Shown: piece after piece, positions 1-13,204 of the stretch
Layout: each line of letters begins with the position of its first letter
How positions within the stretch are numbered: the stretch's first letter is position 1
DNA from: Octopus sinensis
Lineage: Eukaryota
Direction: 5' to 3'
DNA length: 64,000 bases
Assembly: GCF_006345805.1 (NCBI RefSeq)
Contig: NC_043000.1
Coordinates: forward strand, 27,590,001-27,654,000
Notes under the pieces: generated by a model
Told to the model about the DNA's origin: nothing
What the model saw: only the letters and a program-made list of their open reading frames with translations
Database searches by the model: none
Translations under genes and position numbers: made by a program

Positions 1-190
1 ACTTTACTGTACATTCACTTCGACACCTGAGGCATGGTATGCAGTGCATCTGTCAGGCAACGTCGATTTGAAGGTGAGAGTGACCAGTGTGTAGCACGAA
101 CATTTGATCGCACTAAAAAGACAAATCATTTTTGTAGATCTTTCGGCAGAAGTGAACGGTCATACGTCGTCTTCGATGGGGGTGTCTGTC

Positions 191-191
<1 letters not shown>

Positions 192-249
<58 letters not shown>

Positions 250-345
250 CGTGTGTGTGTGTGTGTAAATATATGTATGTATGTATGTATGTATATATAT
301 ATGTATGTGTGTGTGTGAGTGTGTGTGTGTGTAAATATATGTATG

Positions 346-380
<35 letters not shown>
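192..380. repeat. Compound (TA)n/(TG)n/(TATG)n microsatellite
   Basis: Directly visible; accounts for the YIYI/CVCV ORFs here. Confidence 0.95.
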
Positions 381-385
<5 letters not shown>

Positions 386-570
386 TGAAATTTACGGAAA
401 AAAGACGCAAACAGGTGTATAAACAACAACCAGTTGTATTAGTTCAACACACGGGAAGGTGAGAAAGTCTTTTACGTTTCGAGCCTAGGATCTTCAACAG
501 AAACGAACACGAGGAAATAAACAGAGAGAGAATAAAGACAATTTTAGGATTTAGCGGTCTATCATGGCTA
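381..570 (-). mobile_element. ~200-nt microsatellite-embedded element with minimal hammerhead-like motif (470-503)
   Basis: Minus strand reads TTT-CTGTTGA-A-GATC-CTAG-GCTC-GAAA-CGT-A-AAA. Same family as 45865-46076 (opposite strand). Abuts (TA)n. Confidence 0.6.
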
Positions 571-2078
571 CTGGTTGCACAAAGGTACTTAGATATATAT
601 ACATATATGTATGTATATATGTCTTTTTTATCATTTGATATCAAAGCAGTACCTCCGTGGACAAAAAAGTGTACTTGTCGCCGAAAATCCCATCACAGAC
701 ATGAGTCTAAATATGCCCATATTTCTTCTCTTCTTCACTAAATTATTGTTTTAAGATCTTGTCTAAAAACAACATGTTTACATATCTCTATTTCTCTCTT
801 TCTCTTTCTCTCATTCTCTCTATTTATCTATTTGCCTCTAAATATATACATGTATGTGTGAGTATGCATGTGTATAGATACATAAGTTTGGGAATGTGCA
901 CATGTGAGTCTGCATGTACATATATGTATACTTAATATTTACGATAAGACCTATAGATATGTTTTTTAGTATAGCATACTCTGGTTATTGAACACTGTTA
1001 ATGCACCAGTAATTTATTTATTTGAGTAAACAGGTAAATATCTAAATGTCAATAGTGGCGAAAAAACAACATCAAAATCTAAGATAAATATCCAATTAAC
1101 GTTAATGTATAACCAACAATACATCTGATAAGTCAAATACTGTATTTTGTACTATGATATGGTTAACAATTCCCTTAAGTTTATCTTCTCCATTTAAAGA
1201 GCAAAACGGCCTCTGGATACGACTATTGGAACATGACATTTATAATGATAGTCATGGCATGTATTCAAGTTGTGGTAATTGTATAGAAATGTAATACAGT
1301 AACCCTGAACAATTTTCAAAATATACCCTCTGGCCCTAATTGAAAGGAAAACAATAAAAGAATCGAAATCTATTGAATATTGAGCAACATGTCAAACTTT
1401 CTGTCATGAAAGACGAATGAATTCGCTGGAATTTACAAAGAACCGTTATATATTAGCCATCTAGAATGCAAATTTAATAATCTGACAGATAACAGATCAC
1501 TGGAATAAAAAAAAAAGCGTCAATTGGTAGAGACAAATAGAAGTGGTTGTTATAAATAAGGTTTGAAAGCAGATAAAACCAGAATGATGCGACATATAAA
1601 AGGAACTGATGCTTCGGAGACCATGATAAACTAGATGCATAGAGGCTATTTGATAGATGGTAAAAAGTAGTGTGAATATAATACATACTGCATTAAAATG
1701 CTAAATAAAAATATGCGGAGATAAACAAAGTTTGGAAAAGAGAAAAAGACACTATTCCCCATTTTATTCATCTTTCCAGGATATAATTTCAGACTTGTTT
1801 TTTTACTTATTCAGGGAACATAGGTTATACTGTAAAGCATAGCTAAGCACTCTGGAAAGAAACAAAAGATTTAGGATAACTATATGCAAGTTTATGCATT
1901 TATATTTACAGTATCATATCAAAAATATTTGAAACAAAGCCTACGGTATATGATATATTTAAATTGGCACAAGCAGTGACCGCCAAAAGAATCGTAAACA
2001 TCTACATCTGCCTTTAAGTTAATACTGACTATAGTAATTGGATAGAGTGGCAACATAAAGAATCAACTTTTTCGCTTC

Positions 2079-2310
2079 TTATTTCTTTATTGCCCACAAT
2101 GGGCTAAACATAGAGGGGCCAAACAAGCACAGACAAAGGGATAAAGTCGATTAGATCGACCCCACTGCGTAACTGGTACTTAATTTATCTACCCCGAAAG
2201 GATGAAAGGCAAAGTCGACCTCGGCGGAATTTGAACTCAGAAAGTAGCGGCAGACGAAATACCGGTAAGCATTTCGCCCGGTGTGCTAATGTTTCTGCCA
2301 GCTCACCGCC
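2079..2310 (-). mobile_element. tRNA-headed SINE, family A
   Basis: GGCGGTGAGCTGGCAGAA head, GAGTTCAAATTCC B-box-like motif, GCCTTTCATCCTTTCGGGG core; TSD TTTCGCTTC at 2070-2078 and 2311-2319; more than 8 copies in the window. Confidence 0.9.
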
Positions 2311-4096
2311 TTTCGCTTCAATAGAACTAAAATAATTATAGACAGGGCCTAAATAAGAAGAATATTAATATATTGAACCCAAGAAGTATTGTTGTAGAGG
2401 AATATAACAAATAGACAATCGCTTCATAAGCAAAGAATGACAGAATATTTTTTAAAATATTGCGTACATAATACGACCATTATTCTTGTGCTAATATAAT
2501 ACAAACCATTGGCCTTGAAGAACAAAAGCTTAAGTCATTAGAACCTTTATTACAATAAATCTTAAAAGGAAATTGATGCAGAAACCGCAAGGACCAGCAT
2601 TATAATCGTTATTTTATTTCTTCTGTTACAAATATTATTAACTGCCAAGGAGTATACTTTGTGTATTCTCTCTTTTCAGTTGATCATATCATCGATGTCA
2701 CTGTCAGATTTGCTATTATTGTAATTCGGAAGAAAAAAACAAGAATACTAGCTAGAAAAAGAATGAATTCAACTCTAAGATGTATTTTTGACAGCTGGTA
2801 ATTCTTAAAAACTTATTTCAGGCAATTTTCATTGATTTTTTTCTTGTTTTCCTTTTTATTCTGAAGCTTCTGTTTTGCCTAGCTTATTTTCATTTATCCA
2901 CTTTTAAGTGTCTTCTAATGCAATGACACCTTTGGTTGGAAGCATTCCGTTGCAAAAACATCATAAGATTATGTATTTTTTATATTAGAAAATGTTATTT
3001 GTAAGATATTTGAAGAGAAAAATAAGCAAGAGAAATGTAGAAAATACTTGATGAATTATTCCTTTTAAGAGAGATTTATTGATAAAATTTCTTACATTAA
3101 GTAATATACCAGCTCTCCCGTTCTTTTTCACTTTTTTTCTTTATACAATTCATGAATTGACTTGAAAATTTGAACAGTCTGAGGAGAACTTGAAAAAATG
3201 ATAAAATTAAAATGGTTATCAAGAATAAATAAATAAATAAATAAGCGTAAATACAACCTGAATATATATAGGGAAAATAGGAGCTAAAATTTTTCTGTCT
3301 GATGTCTTAGACAAATGGATGAATTGGGAATAAAATCATGACTTCTTTTGAATTGTATTCTATAGAACGGGGAAAGAAATTCACTAAACAAGCCCGTTTC
3401 TAAATTATACATCAATAAATGAATTATTTTAAATTATTTCATTGCTATACTTTGATACTTGAGATTTACTTTGTTATATTTTCACGAGAAATAATAATTC
3501 ATACGAATTCATTTCTCTTTGAACGCCACTATATTTCATCCGAAATTATTTTTAATGATGTTTCTTTCATTACCTCTTTCTCCAAATCATATTTGTTTGT
3601 TCGCATCATCAACTTTATCAGTCATTAGCGATGGTATTGAGAAAATTCAAATCTATTATTGGCTTTAAGCTAGTCCCCAACACTTTCATTTATTTGATAA
3701 AGAATATGTTGAAACTGTTGACAGAATATTTATGTTTGTGTCTACCGCATTTCATTTTGTGATTAACTTCTTTTGTTTAATTGAGTGGCGTGTAATTATG
3801 TGTCAAGTAATGGCGGAAAATACAAGAAGTCTCATTATTAGTGTTTTTTTTAAATTTATTAATTTATTCATTTATTTGCTAATTTTTTTCTTTTAATTTC
3901 TATGACAGGATAAATATATCTAAGAAAAAGTCGGATAATGTGTGTTTATCTTCGTTCGCATATGTGCGGTTTGTAAACGCATGAAAACATACACATTTCT
4001 ATGTATATACACACACACACACATACAAGCAAGCATATATACGTATGAGTGTATATGAATATATATATATATATATATATGTGCACAATACTCTGT

Positions 4097-4470
4097 AGGC
4101 GCAATGGTGGTCCACTGGTTAGGACAGTGGACTCGCGGTTGTAGGATCACGGTTTCCATTCACAGACCTGGTGTTCTTTGTTTTTTGAGTGAAAAGACCT
4201 ATAGCTCCGGCAGGGGATGGTGGCAAACCCTGCTGTGCTCTTTCATCACAACTTTCTTACTCTCTTTCTTCCTGTTTCTGTCGTACCTGTATATCAAAGT
4301 GGCCAGCCTTGTCACACTCTGTCACACTGAATCTCTCTCTGAGAACTACGTTAAGGGTACGCGTATCTGTAGAGTGCTCAGCCACTTGCACGTTGATTTC
4401 ACGAGCAAGCTGTTCCGTTGATAGGATCAACTGGAACCCTCGTCGTCGTAACCGACGGAGTGCCACGATA
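4097..4470 (+). mobile_element. tRNA-headed SINE, family C
   Basis: AGGCGCAATGG..TGGTTAG head; homologous to 22745-23102; tail CCCTCGTCGTCGTAACCGACGGAGTGCC. Confidence 0.85.
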
Positions 4471-5799
4471 CAATACTATATATATGCAATACTATACATT
4501 TACAATACTATATATTTACCATATATGTACATCTATAGACGCGTATGTTTTTTTCTATACACCATATACAGTAAATTATGTAATTCAATAAAATGTTTTA
4601 TAGATAAGTTCTTTTAGCCAGTTATGTTCATAGCAATCATAAAATAGAGAAATGGTGACATGAAAGAATAATTATGGTACTAATGGCTCCAATAAATATC
4701 GGAAGAATATATCGTGAACTTCCCTTTCTGCTTGCAAACATGTAATCTTTCTCAGTAAAAAAAATCAGCGCTACTGTTACAGATTTACTTAAAATTTCAC
4801 ACTTTGTTCAAAATTTAGATCATCCTCTATAAGTTCTCCTAAAACCTGGATTATTTCTCTAAGGTTTTACCTATTTGTCATTAAACACAATTCAGGAGGA
4901 GTTTTCTTTTTGTTATCTCTGCTAGGCACTTGCAGTTCTGTTTAAGTTTTAATTTCTTCATATGAAGAAGATCTTGTTATCACCATGCCATATAGCGCGA
5001 ATACTACCCATGTCTATAAGTCCTAATTCCTGCATGCGTAAGATAGTTTGATAATTCTCCCGTTTCTGTTTTACGATATTCTTTTGTTGCGTTTGGAAGT
5101 AAGGATTTCCAGTCATCAATAAGATGTGTATGATTAACTTAACTCCAAACATCTTTTGTCTTATATTGTATTCCTTACATCATGAAAATTTCCCGGGATA
5201 TTTTGGATGCCAGAAATATATCATCAGTCCCACTGTCGGATTGAATTATCTTCTCACAAAATATGCTTTGACAATAATTGTTCATTTTTTTTTCATAGAC
5301 AATGCTTGTGTAGTGGTACTTGCAGGAATGTAAACAGCTTCATGAACACGTTTGTCGTCTATCGGCATCTCAAACGTGACCGTGAGTATGGTATAAAGAG
5401 CAATATATTCGGCTCAGAATGATTCTTTGACAGCAAGATCTAAATGTTCCAGAAGTCATTCAGCTTAGAAAATATGGGTAATACAAACATTTCTGTTGTT
5501 CTTCTGTGGAATAGGAAGTCAAGATTTGGGGACATCTGTCATTGCACCTTGAATATCAATGAAAACGAACGCATGTTTTAAATTTCAAGCTTCTTGGAAA
5601 TCTCCGATTTCTTTATAAGCTGCCAACCATTTTTTTGCTTAAAATAAATATTTTAAAAGAACAAAGTTTTCTAAAAAATACACAGTCGTTTACATTAACA
5701 ATTAAAGTGGTTTCATAGTAGTTTTTCAGTAATACTCTTCAACCCTGAAGGGAATTCTGATGCATTCGCAACGTCAACATTTGCTGAGTGTTTTTCGCT

Positions 5800-6422
5800 G
5801 TTTCTGTGTGTGTGTGTGCGTCACAGAGAGAGATAGAGAGAGAGAGAAATAGAGAGGAAGAGATAGAGGGAAATATATATAGAGAAAGTGTGTGTGTGAG
5901 AGAGAGTATGTGTGTATGTGTGTGTAAGAGAGTGAGAAAGACAAAGAGAGAAAATAGAGACTGAGAATGTGTGTAAGAGAGAGAGAATGTGCGTGTATGT
6001 GTGTGTGAACGTGTGTGTACGTGAGAGAGAGAGAGAGAGAGAGAGAAAGACACACAGAGAAAATGAAGACAGAGAGACTTTGTGTGTGTGTGTATGTGTG
6101 TGAGTGTGTGTACGTGTCTGAGAGTGTGTGTGAGAGAAAGAGAGAGAGTATGTGTGTGTGAACGTGTGTGTACGTGTGTGTACGTGAGAGAGAGAGAGAG
6201 AGAAAGACACACAGAGAAAATGAAGACAGAGAGAGTTTGTGTGTGTGTGTGTGTGTATGTGTGTGAGTGTGTGTACGTGTGTGAGAGTGTGTGTGTGAGA
6301 GAGAGAAAGAGAGAGAGAGTATGTGTGTGTGTGAATGCCTGTGTACGTGTGTGCGTATGTGTGTGTGTAGGAGAGAGAGAAAGAGAGAGAGAAAATAGAG
6401 ACAAAGAGAGAGTGTCCGTGTG

Positions 6423-6461
<39 letters not shown>

Positions 6462-6520
6462 ATGTGTGTGTGGGTGTGTGTGTCTGTGTGTGTGTATGTG
6501 TGTATGTATGTATGTGCGTG
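5800..6520. repeat. Compound (GA)n/(GT)n low-complexity tract with internal duplications
   Basis: Directly visible; the block AAAGACACACAGAGAAAATGAAGACAGAGAG recurs. Confidence 0.9.
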
Positions 6521-6914
6521 AATTTATTCAGTTGATTAAAAAGCTTAAAGAATTTTTGGCGGATAACTCCGGAGACTGGCTACTGTAATCTACCTAAAGA
6601 TTTAATATTTTCCCTATTAGGCTTCTTTGTAAACGTGACGCCCATCAGAATTTTTTACATGACAAATTTTTAATTATATCTGATTGATTATGGTGGTTTC
6701 TAAGATTGACAACGCAAATCTCAATGATTTTTTCTCCTCTATCAACATTTTTATAATTTTTATTCTGGTATCTAATACCATTATTGATGCTTTCCTGGTG
6801 ACTTAGAGTAACAAATACACAGAAAGAAATATATAGTTACGTTACTTTATAAGTGTAACAGAAAGCAAAAATTATCCCAGTTTTAGTGGCTGGCTGCTTT
6901 CTTTTGTGTTAAAT

Positions 6915-7138
6915 ATTCTTTTCTACTCTAGACGTAAGGCCTGAAAGTTTTGTCGGGGGGGGGGGGCGGCTGTTGATTTGATCGATCCCAGTACGTAGCT
7001 GGTACTTAGTTTATCGGAACCGAAAGGATGAAAGGCAAAGTCGACCTCGGCGGAATTTGAACGCAGAACGGAACGGTAAACGAAATACGGCTACGCAGTA
7101 CGCCCGGTCTGCTAACGTTTCTGCCAGCTCGCTGCCTT
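6915..7138 (-). mobile_element. SINE family A (variant 3' end)
   Basis: GAAAGGATGAAAGGCAAAGTCGACCTCGGCGGAATTTGAAC on the + strand, as in 2079-2310. Confidence 0.85.
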
Positions 7139-7989
7139 CTTTTTTTTTTTAATATTGAAGAAACAACATGGTTCCTAAGAAGGCAGTCAAAACTAATGGA
7201 CAGAATAACGGAAACAGACAACCAATGAAAAAAAGATCTCTTTTTGAGGAATTGGGCATAAAACTGCCATAATATTAAGTTGTTACACACAAACACACAC
7301 ACACATACAAGTATGCAAATAAATACACACACAAAACAGGTATACATTCTCTATTGGGTTTTAAGGGACGTTGAATATATAGCAATTAAAATGCCTACCA
7401 TCTATATAAAAAAGCATACATACAAACACACATGCAATTTAATAATTTTCTATTAAATTTCCCTTCAATTTTACGGAGGTGACGAGGGAATATTTGGATC
7501 TTCAATTAACATTACTATTTTCGACATTTTTTTGTATGTCTTTCATTTTAAGCCTGCCTAATTTCTTTTAAAAGCATTTTCGACATTACCCAGTATGTCA
7601 CACATTTTACTTTCTAGAACTAATAATTTACCATATTCCGGTTGTAATTCTTTCGGTGACATATTTCCAATTTAAACCCTTTAATTAGTTCCTGATAACG
7701 GTAGTAGAAATTCTTCAGTATAATTGCGTAAAATTAATACGGAAAGCGTTAAAGACCCATCTATTACTGTAGTAATATATTTACATCATTTCCGTTATTT
7801 TAAGCTGTCTTTCCTATTTTTCAATGCATTTCCGACGATGCCGCATAGGTAAAGGACACAGAAGATCAAACATGATTAATGTATAACCAATTTTATGTGA
7901 GTTAATGTTTCATGCATAGATATTATTACTTATACTGCGTTTTATTTCGTCCTACTGCGTGGCATCTTGGTTATGTGCTTTTTAATATA

Positions 7990-8223
7990 TATTTCTTTAC
8001 TGCCCACAAGGGGCTAAACATAGAGGGGGGGACAAACAAGGACAGACAAAGGTATTAAGTCGATTACATCGACACCAGTGCGAAAATGGTACTTTATTTA
8101 TCGATCGCGAAAGGATGAAAGGCAAAGTTGACTTTGGCAGAATTTGAACTCAGAATGTAACGACAAACGAAATACCGCTAAACATTTCGCCCGGCGTTGT
8201 AACGTTTCTGCCAGCTCGCCGCC
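7990..8223 (-). mobile_element. SINE family A
   Basis: Full-length homology to 2079-2310; ~19-bp near-perfect TSD TTATGTGCTTTTT(T)AATATA. Confidence 0.9.
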
Positions 8224-8289
8224 TTATGTGCTTTTTTAATATAGCCAGCATCTTGCATTCAACCAAAGGATACCAATTCTAGATTAATC

Positions 8290-8790
8290 ACCAAATCTCC
8301 AACGAATAATTAAATTCTCACAAATTATCAACAGTCGAAAGCAATCACCTAATCTCAAGAGACACCTAACAAAGGCGAGATTCATATTTGAAAAAGAAAC
8401 GGGGCAAATAACCGACTGTGGAGACCTCCATTGAGGGACATGCGAATCAATTGGACAAGGAATAACCAAAGACTCAGGAATGGGAAGAAATGAAAAGTGA
8501 CTGCAAACATGAATTGCAAAACAAAGAAACCTCATATACTGCATCACGTGCCAACAATGCAACGAAAGCTACATTGGGGAAACAGGAAGGAAACTGACCA
8601 GCCGTGTAAATGTGCATAAACAACGAACTAAGGATTCAGCTCTTAGGAATGTCCCATACAGTGAGCATCTATATATTTGTGTAAATGGAAATTTTTAAAT
8701 ATTCCCATTTTTCCAAAATAAGCGATGAAAATGTACGCCTACGAAATACTTTATAAGAATTCTAAATCCGAAATTAAACCGAAAATAACC
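8290..8790 (+). pseudogene. Penelope-like element GIY-YIG endonuclease relic (Neptune-like, Cys-rich linker)
   Basis: Hand translation across frameshifts and stops: INSRKQSPNLKRHLTKARF..CGDLH*GTCESI..NMNCKTK/NLIYCITCQQCNESYIGETGRKLTSRVNVHKQ..SEHL..FIRILNPKLN. Confidence 0.85.
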
Positions 8791-9299
8791 AACACTCCAT
8801 ATAATAATTATAAAAGAATATTCGTTACCATTAGTCCGAAAATAAATCGGAATTAGTACTACTACTACGTCAAAAATAATAACTTCCTCTTCAAGAGCAC
8901 ACGAGTTTGAAACGGTTAAACGAAAGCATTCACACCCGAGGAAAAAACTTCTTCCCCGAAAAGGTTAGTAACATCTTTATCAATGTTTTCATGACATTGA
9001 AAAAAATTCTTAAATCAACTTTACACTTCAAAAACTGACTTTCAAAAAAGAAAGAAAAAATATGTAGTAACACACTTAGTCGCGTTAACATAGGTTTGTG
9101 GGTTGGAGTACCACACGTATAGGAAAGCCTACTTTTTCTGTCGAGGGCTTATACGCCCCATTATTAGACTATTTTTCTTAGTCATTGCACGGTCATAGCT
9201 TTAGGTTTCAGGCTTATATACTTGTCATTATTGTTGTTTAAAGGATTGTAAAATCCGGCGCCATATAACAAAACCATTCTCACCGAAAGCCCCCCCCCC

Positions 9300-9336
<37 letters not shown>

Positions 9337-9527
9337 AATTATAAAAGGCAGATTTTATCTGCCTCCCTTTGTATCTTATAGAAATCTACAATATAGGATT
9401 TCTTCAATTACAATTTACCTAGCATTTTTAAGAGTAGAATGCATCGGGTCGTGCCAGGTTCAGTTTTTAAAATTTAAACCCCAATTAAGCAAAATTTAGA
9501 GAAAACTCACATTGTGGTGTCTAAGTC

Positions 9528-10104
9528 AAATGCTTCTCTTAGTGTGCCTACACCACACGCACACGCACACACACAGTGTGCAAAGAATAGAGTGAAAGTA
9601 ATTCACTTTTTGTAGTGAGTGACTCTTTCATTCTGCCACTTCCTCTTTACACACATAGACACGCAAATATATAAATAAAATTGTAAGCTAACGTGTGTGT
9701 GTGCGTGTGTGTGAGTGTGTGTGTGTGTGTGCGTGTGTGCGTGTGCGTGAGTGTGTGACAGGAAAGTTTTTAGGACGAATATAAGACCTATATCCAAGTA
9801 GCAGAAAGATCGCTCAAAAGTGTATATAGATATTTAAATGTATTTATATATTCATCTATACACAGATGTATGTATAATGTGTGTGTATATATTTCCATAG
9901 AGGTAACCTTTCATTCCATACAAAATGCTTCTCTTAGTGTGGCCTACACCACACGCACACGCACACACACAGTGTGCAAAGAATAAAGTGAAAGTAATTC
10001 ACTTTTTGTAGTGAGTGACTCTTTCATTCTGCCACTTCCTCTTTACACACATAGACACGCAAATATATAAATAAAATTGTAAGCTAACGTGTGTGTGTGC
10101 GTGT

Positions 10105-10142
<38 letters not shown>

Positions 10143-10565
10143 GTGCGTGTGTGTGTGTGTGTGCGTGTGCGTGAGTGTGTGACAGGAAAGTTTTTTAGGA
10201 CGAATATAAGACCTATATCCAAGTAGCAGAAAGATCGCCCAAAAGTGTATATAGATATTTAAATGTATTTATATATTCATCTATACACAGATGTATGTAT
10301 AATGTGTGTGTATATATTTCCATAGAGGTAACCTTTCACTCCATACAAAATGCTTCTCTTAGTGTGGCCTACACCACACGCACACGCACGCACACAGTGT
10401 GCAAAGAATAAAGTGAAAGTAATTCACTTTTTGTAGTGAGTGACTCTTTCATTCAGCCACTTCCTCTTTACACACATAGACACGCAAATATATAAATAAA
10501 ATTGTAAGCTAACGTGTGTGTGTGCGTGTGTGTGAGTGTGTGTGTGTGCGTGTGTGTGTGTGAGG

Positions 10566-10600
<35 letters not shown>

Positions 10601-11449
10601 AGTGTGTGACAGGAAAGTTTTTAGGACGAATATAAGACCTATATCCAAGTAGCAGAAAGATCGCCCAAAAGTGTATATAGATATTTAAATGTATTTATAT
10701 ATTCATCTATCCAGATGTATGTATAATGTGTGTGTATATATTTCCATAGAGGTAACCTTTCACTCCATACAAGTTTTTTAGGACGAATATAAGATCTAAA
10801 GTATATACAAGTAGCAGAAAGATCGCCCAAAAGTGTATATAGATATTTAATGTATTTATATATTCATCTATACACAGATGTATGTATAATGTGTGTGTAT
10901 ATATTTCCATACACGTAACCATTCACTCCGCACAAAGTTTTTTAGGACGAAAATAAGATCTAAAGTTATCTCTAAGTAGCACAAAGATCGCCCAAAAGTG
11001 TATATAGATATAAATGTATTTATATATTCATCTATGCACACATGTATGTATAACGTGTGTGTATATATTTCCATAGAGGTAACCATTCACTCCATACAAA
11101 GTTTTTTAGGACGAAAATAAGATCTAAAGTTGTCTCTAAGAAACAGAAAGATCGCCGAAAAGTGTATATAGATATATAAATGTATTTATATATTCATCTA
11201 TGCACACATGTATTTATAACGTGTGTGTATATATTTCCATAGAGGTAACCATTCACTCCATACAAAGTTTTTTAGGACGAAAATAAGATCTAAAGTTATC
11301 TGTAAGAAACAAGAAGATCGCCCGAAAGTGTATATAGATATTTAAACGTATTTATATATTCATCTATACACACATGTATGTATAATGTGCGTGTATATAT
11401 TTCCATAGAGGTAACCATTCAATCCATACAAAGTTTTTTAGGACGAAAA
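9528..11449 (+). repeat. Nested tandem repeats inside Helitron: 3 x ~400-425 bp, then ~4 x ~165 bp sub-unit
   Basis: AAATGCTTCTCTTAGTGTG recurs at ~9528, 9923, 10348; AAGTTTTTTAGGACGAA recurs at ~10771, 10935, 11099, 11265, 11431. Confidence 0.9.
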
Positions 11450-11674
11450 TATTTATATATAAAAGAAAGGTTGTGTGTCTGTCTACTCCGATTTAGATTC
11501 CTAACTACTCCCACATTTTGCGATGCAGTTTAACCAAAACCGGGTATCTTATAGTCGTGATTCATATCGAGACCTTCTGGGTATTAGCGCGCGTCTACGA
11601 TGAGTCTATGATTTTACAAATAATTTACCATCATTTTTTTCCATTTTAATGCATATTTTTTTTAATAAACGGAA

Positions 11675-12170
11675 GTAACTCTCAAACTTCACACCAATAT
11701 GCGTGCTCATATGCGACGTAATATCACATCAGCAGCATTTCCTCACACCCTCATTGCACTTGGCGAAGGCAAAATACCAGGGGATGAAAACGGTAATATT
11801 GCCATCGATTCCATTTGTACTATTGTTCAGACGCCTTCTGATCTCGGAGATGCAGTGTTCCCAGATCTACAAGCTAATTATCAGAATATAGATTGGATTG
11901 GCAAAAAGGCTATACTGGCCCCGAGAAATAAAACTGTTCACCATATTAATGATGAAATGCTAAAACTCATTCCTGGGGAAGTCTATGTATATCAGTCAGA
12001 GGACGTCATCAACTATCCAATAGAGGTACTCAATTCCTTTGAGCACCCCGGACTACCACCACACTTTCTCAAACTTAAAGTTGGTGCCCCTATAATGCTC
12101 ATCAGAAATTTGGTTCCCCCAAAACAATGCAATGGCACACGTTTGATCGTTAAGTCCTTATCTCCCACCG
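11675..12170 (+). pseudogene. Helitron PIF1-like helicase fragment
   Basis: ORF 11699-12199: ..KKAILAPRNKTVHHINDEML..YPIEVLNSFEHPGLPPHFLKLKVGAPIMLIRNLVPPKQCNGTRLIV, typical of Helitron RepHel helicase. Confidence 0.9.
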
Positions 12171-12290
12171 TAAACTTATATCAATATTTGCCTGAATAAT
12201 CATCATAATTCAGTGCAATCATTAACAGTACTTTCAAGCAATTCAGCCCCGAGCAACGCCGGGCAATTCTGCTAGTATATATATATACAC

Positions 12291-12498
12291 GTAGTAAATC
12301 CGAACAAGAAGAAGAATCACAAAAAACAACAACGCGAGGACGTGGTATATGATAAAATATTAACAGACGTTCACGGAAAGATGGAAAGATGGTTTAACGT
12401 TCCGAGAGACGCTCTTATTCGGAAACAGAGGAAAGTCCAGTGGAAGAGAAGACGGAGGTAGAAAATCGCCAACGATTCACATGTGGTTACATTTTGAA
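12291..12498 (-). mobile_element. ~200-nt (TA)n-flanked element with decayed hammerhead-like motif
   Basis: Homologous to 12791-12973 and 33843-34045; minus strand GTTTCCGAATAAGAGCGTCTCTCGGAACGTTAAAC. Confidence 0.7.
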
Positions 12499-12554
12499 TA
12501 TATATATATATATATATATACATATATGTATGTTTTTTACATACACACGCATAC

Positions 12555-12609
<55 letters not shown>

Positions 12610-12629
12610 ATACACACATGGCTGTGTGA

Positions 12630-12785
12630 AGGCGCAGGCGTGGTTGTGCGGTAAGAAGTTTGCTTCTCAACCATGTGGTTCTCGTTTCATTCCTATAACC
12701 CCTCAAGGGGCTTAATTGTTTCATTCGTTCTACTGCTCCATCATAGCCATAGTACAACGGCTGAAACAAATAGAAGAAAATACAT
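12630..12785 (+). mobile_element. Internally deleted SINE family B
   Basis: AGGCGCAGGCGTGGTTGTGCGGTAAGAAGTTTGCTT head joined to a CTGAAACAAATAGAAGAA tail. Confidence 0.55.
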
Positions 12786-12839
12786 CGCCAGCGATTTTTT
12801 CCCTCTGTCTTCCCTTCTCGGGATCTTTCCTTCTCCTAT

Positions 12840-12875
12840 GTTTCCGACGAAGAGCTCCGCTCGAAACGTTAAAAC
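12840..12875 (+). ncRNA. Minimal type I hammerhead-like motif (U4C variant) in element 12791-12973
   Basis: GTTT-CCGACGA-A-GAGC-TCC-GCTC-GAAA-CGT-T-AAAAC; palindromic ACGT stem III. Confidence 0.6.
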
Positions 12876-13065
12876 CTCCTTCTTCCCTTCTTTCCTGAGC
12901 CTCCAATAATACTTTATTTGTTCCACGTCCTCGCGTTGGTGTGTTTTTTTGTGTTTTCTTGTTTGGATTGACTATATATATATATTATGTATGTATATAT
13001 ATATATATGCTTGTATATATATAATATATATATATATATTATATATATATATATTTGTATGTATG

Positions 13066-13131
<66 letters not shown>

Positions 13132-13140
13132 GTGTTTGTG

Positions 13141-13201
<61 letters not shown>

Positions 13202-13204
13202 ATA

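Larger units (their letters stand above)
9334..12275 (+). mobile_element. Non-autonomous composite Helitron
   Basis: 5' A|TCTAATTATAAAAGG; 3' hairpin CCCG-AGCAACGC-CGGG followed by CTAG|T (12272-12275); internal PIF1-like helicase fragment. Confidence 0.8.

Noticed and set aside
7680-8925. Possible extra hammerheads near 7710-7755 and 8885-8920
   Set aside because: GAAA plus a hairpin is present, but the CUGANGA core and stem I cannot be recovered; too degraded to call.
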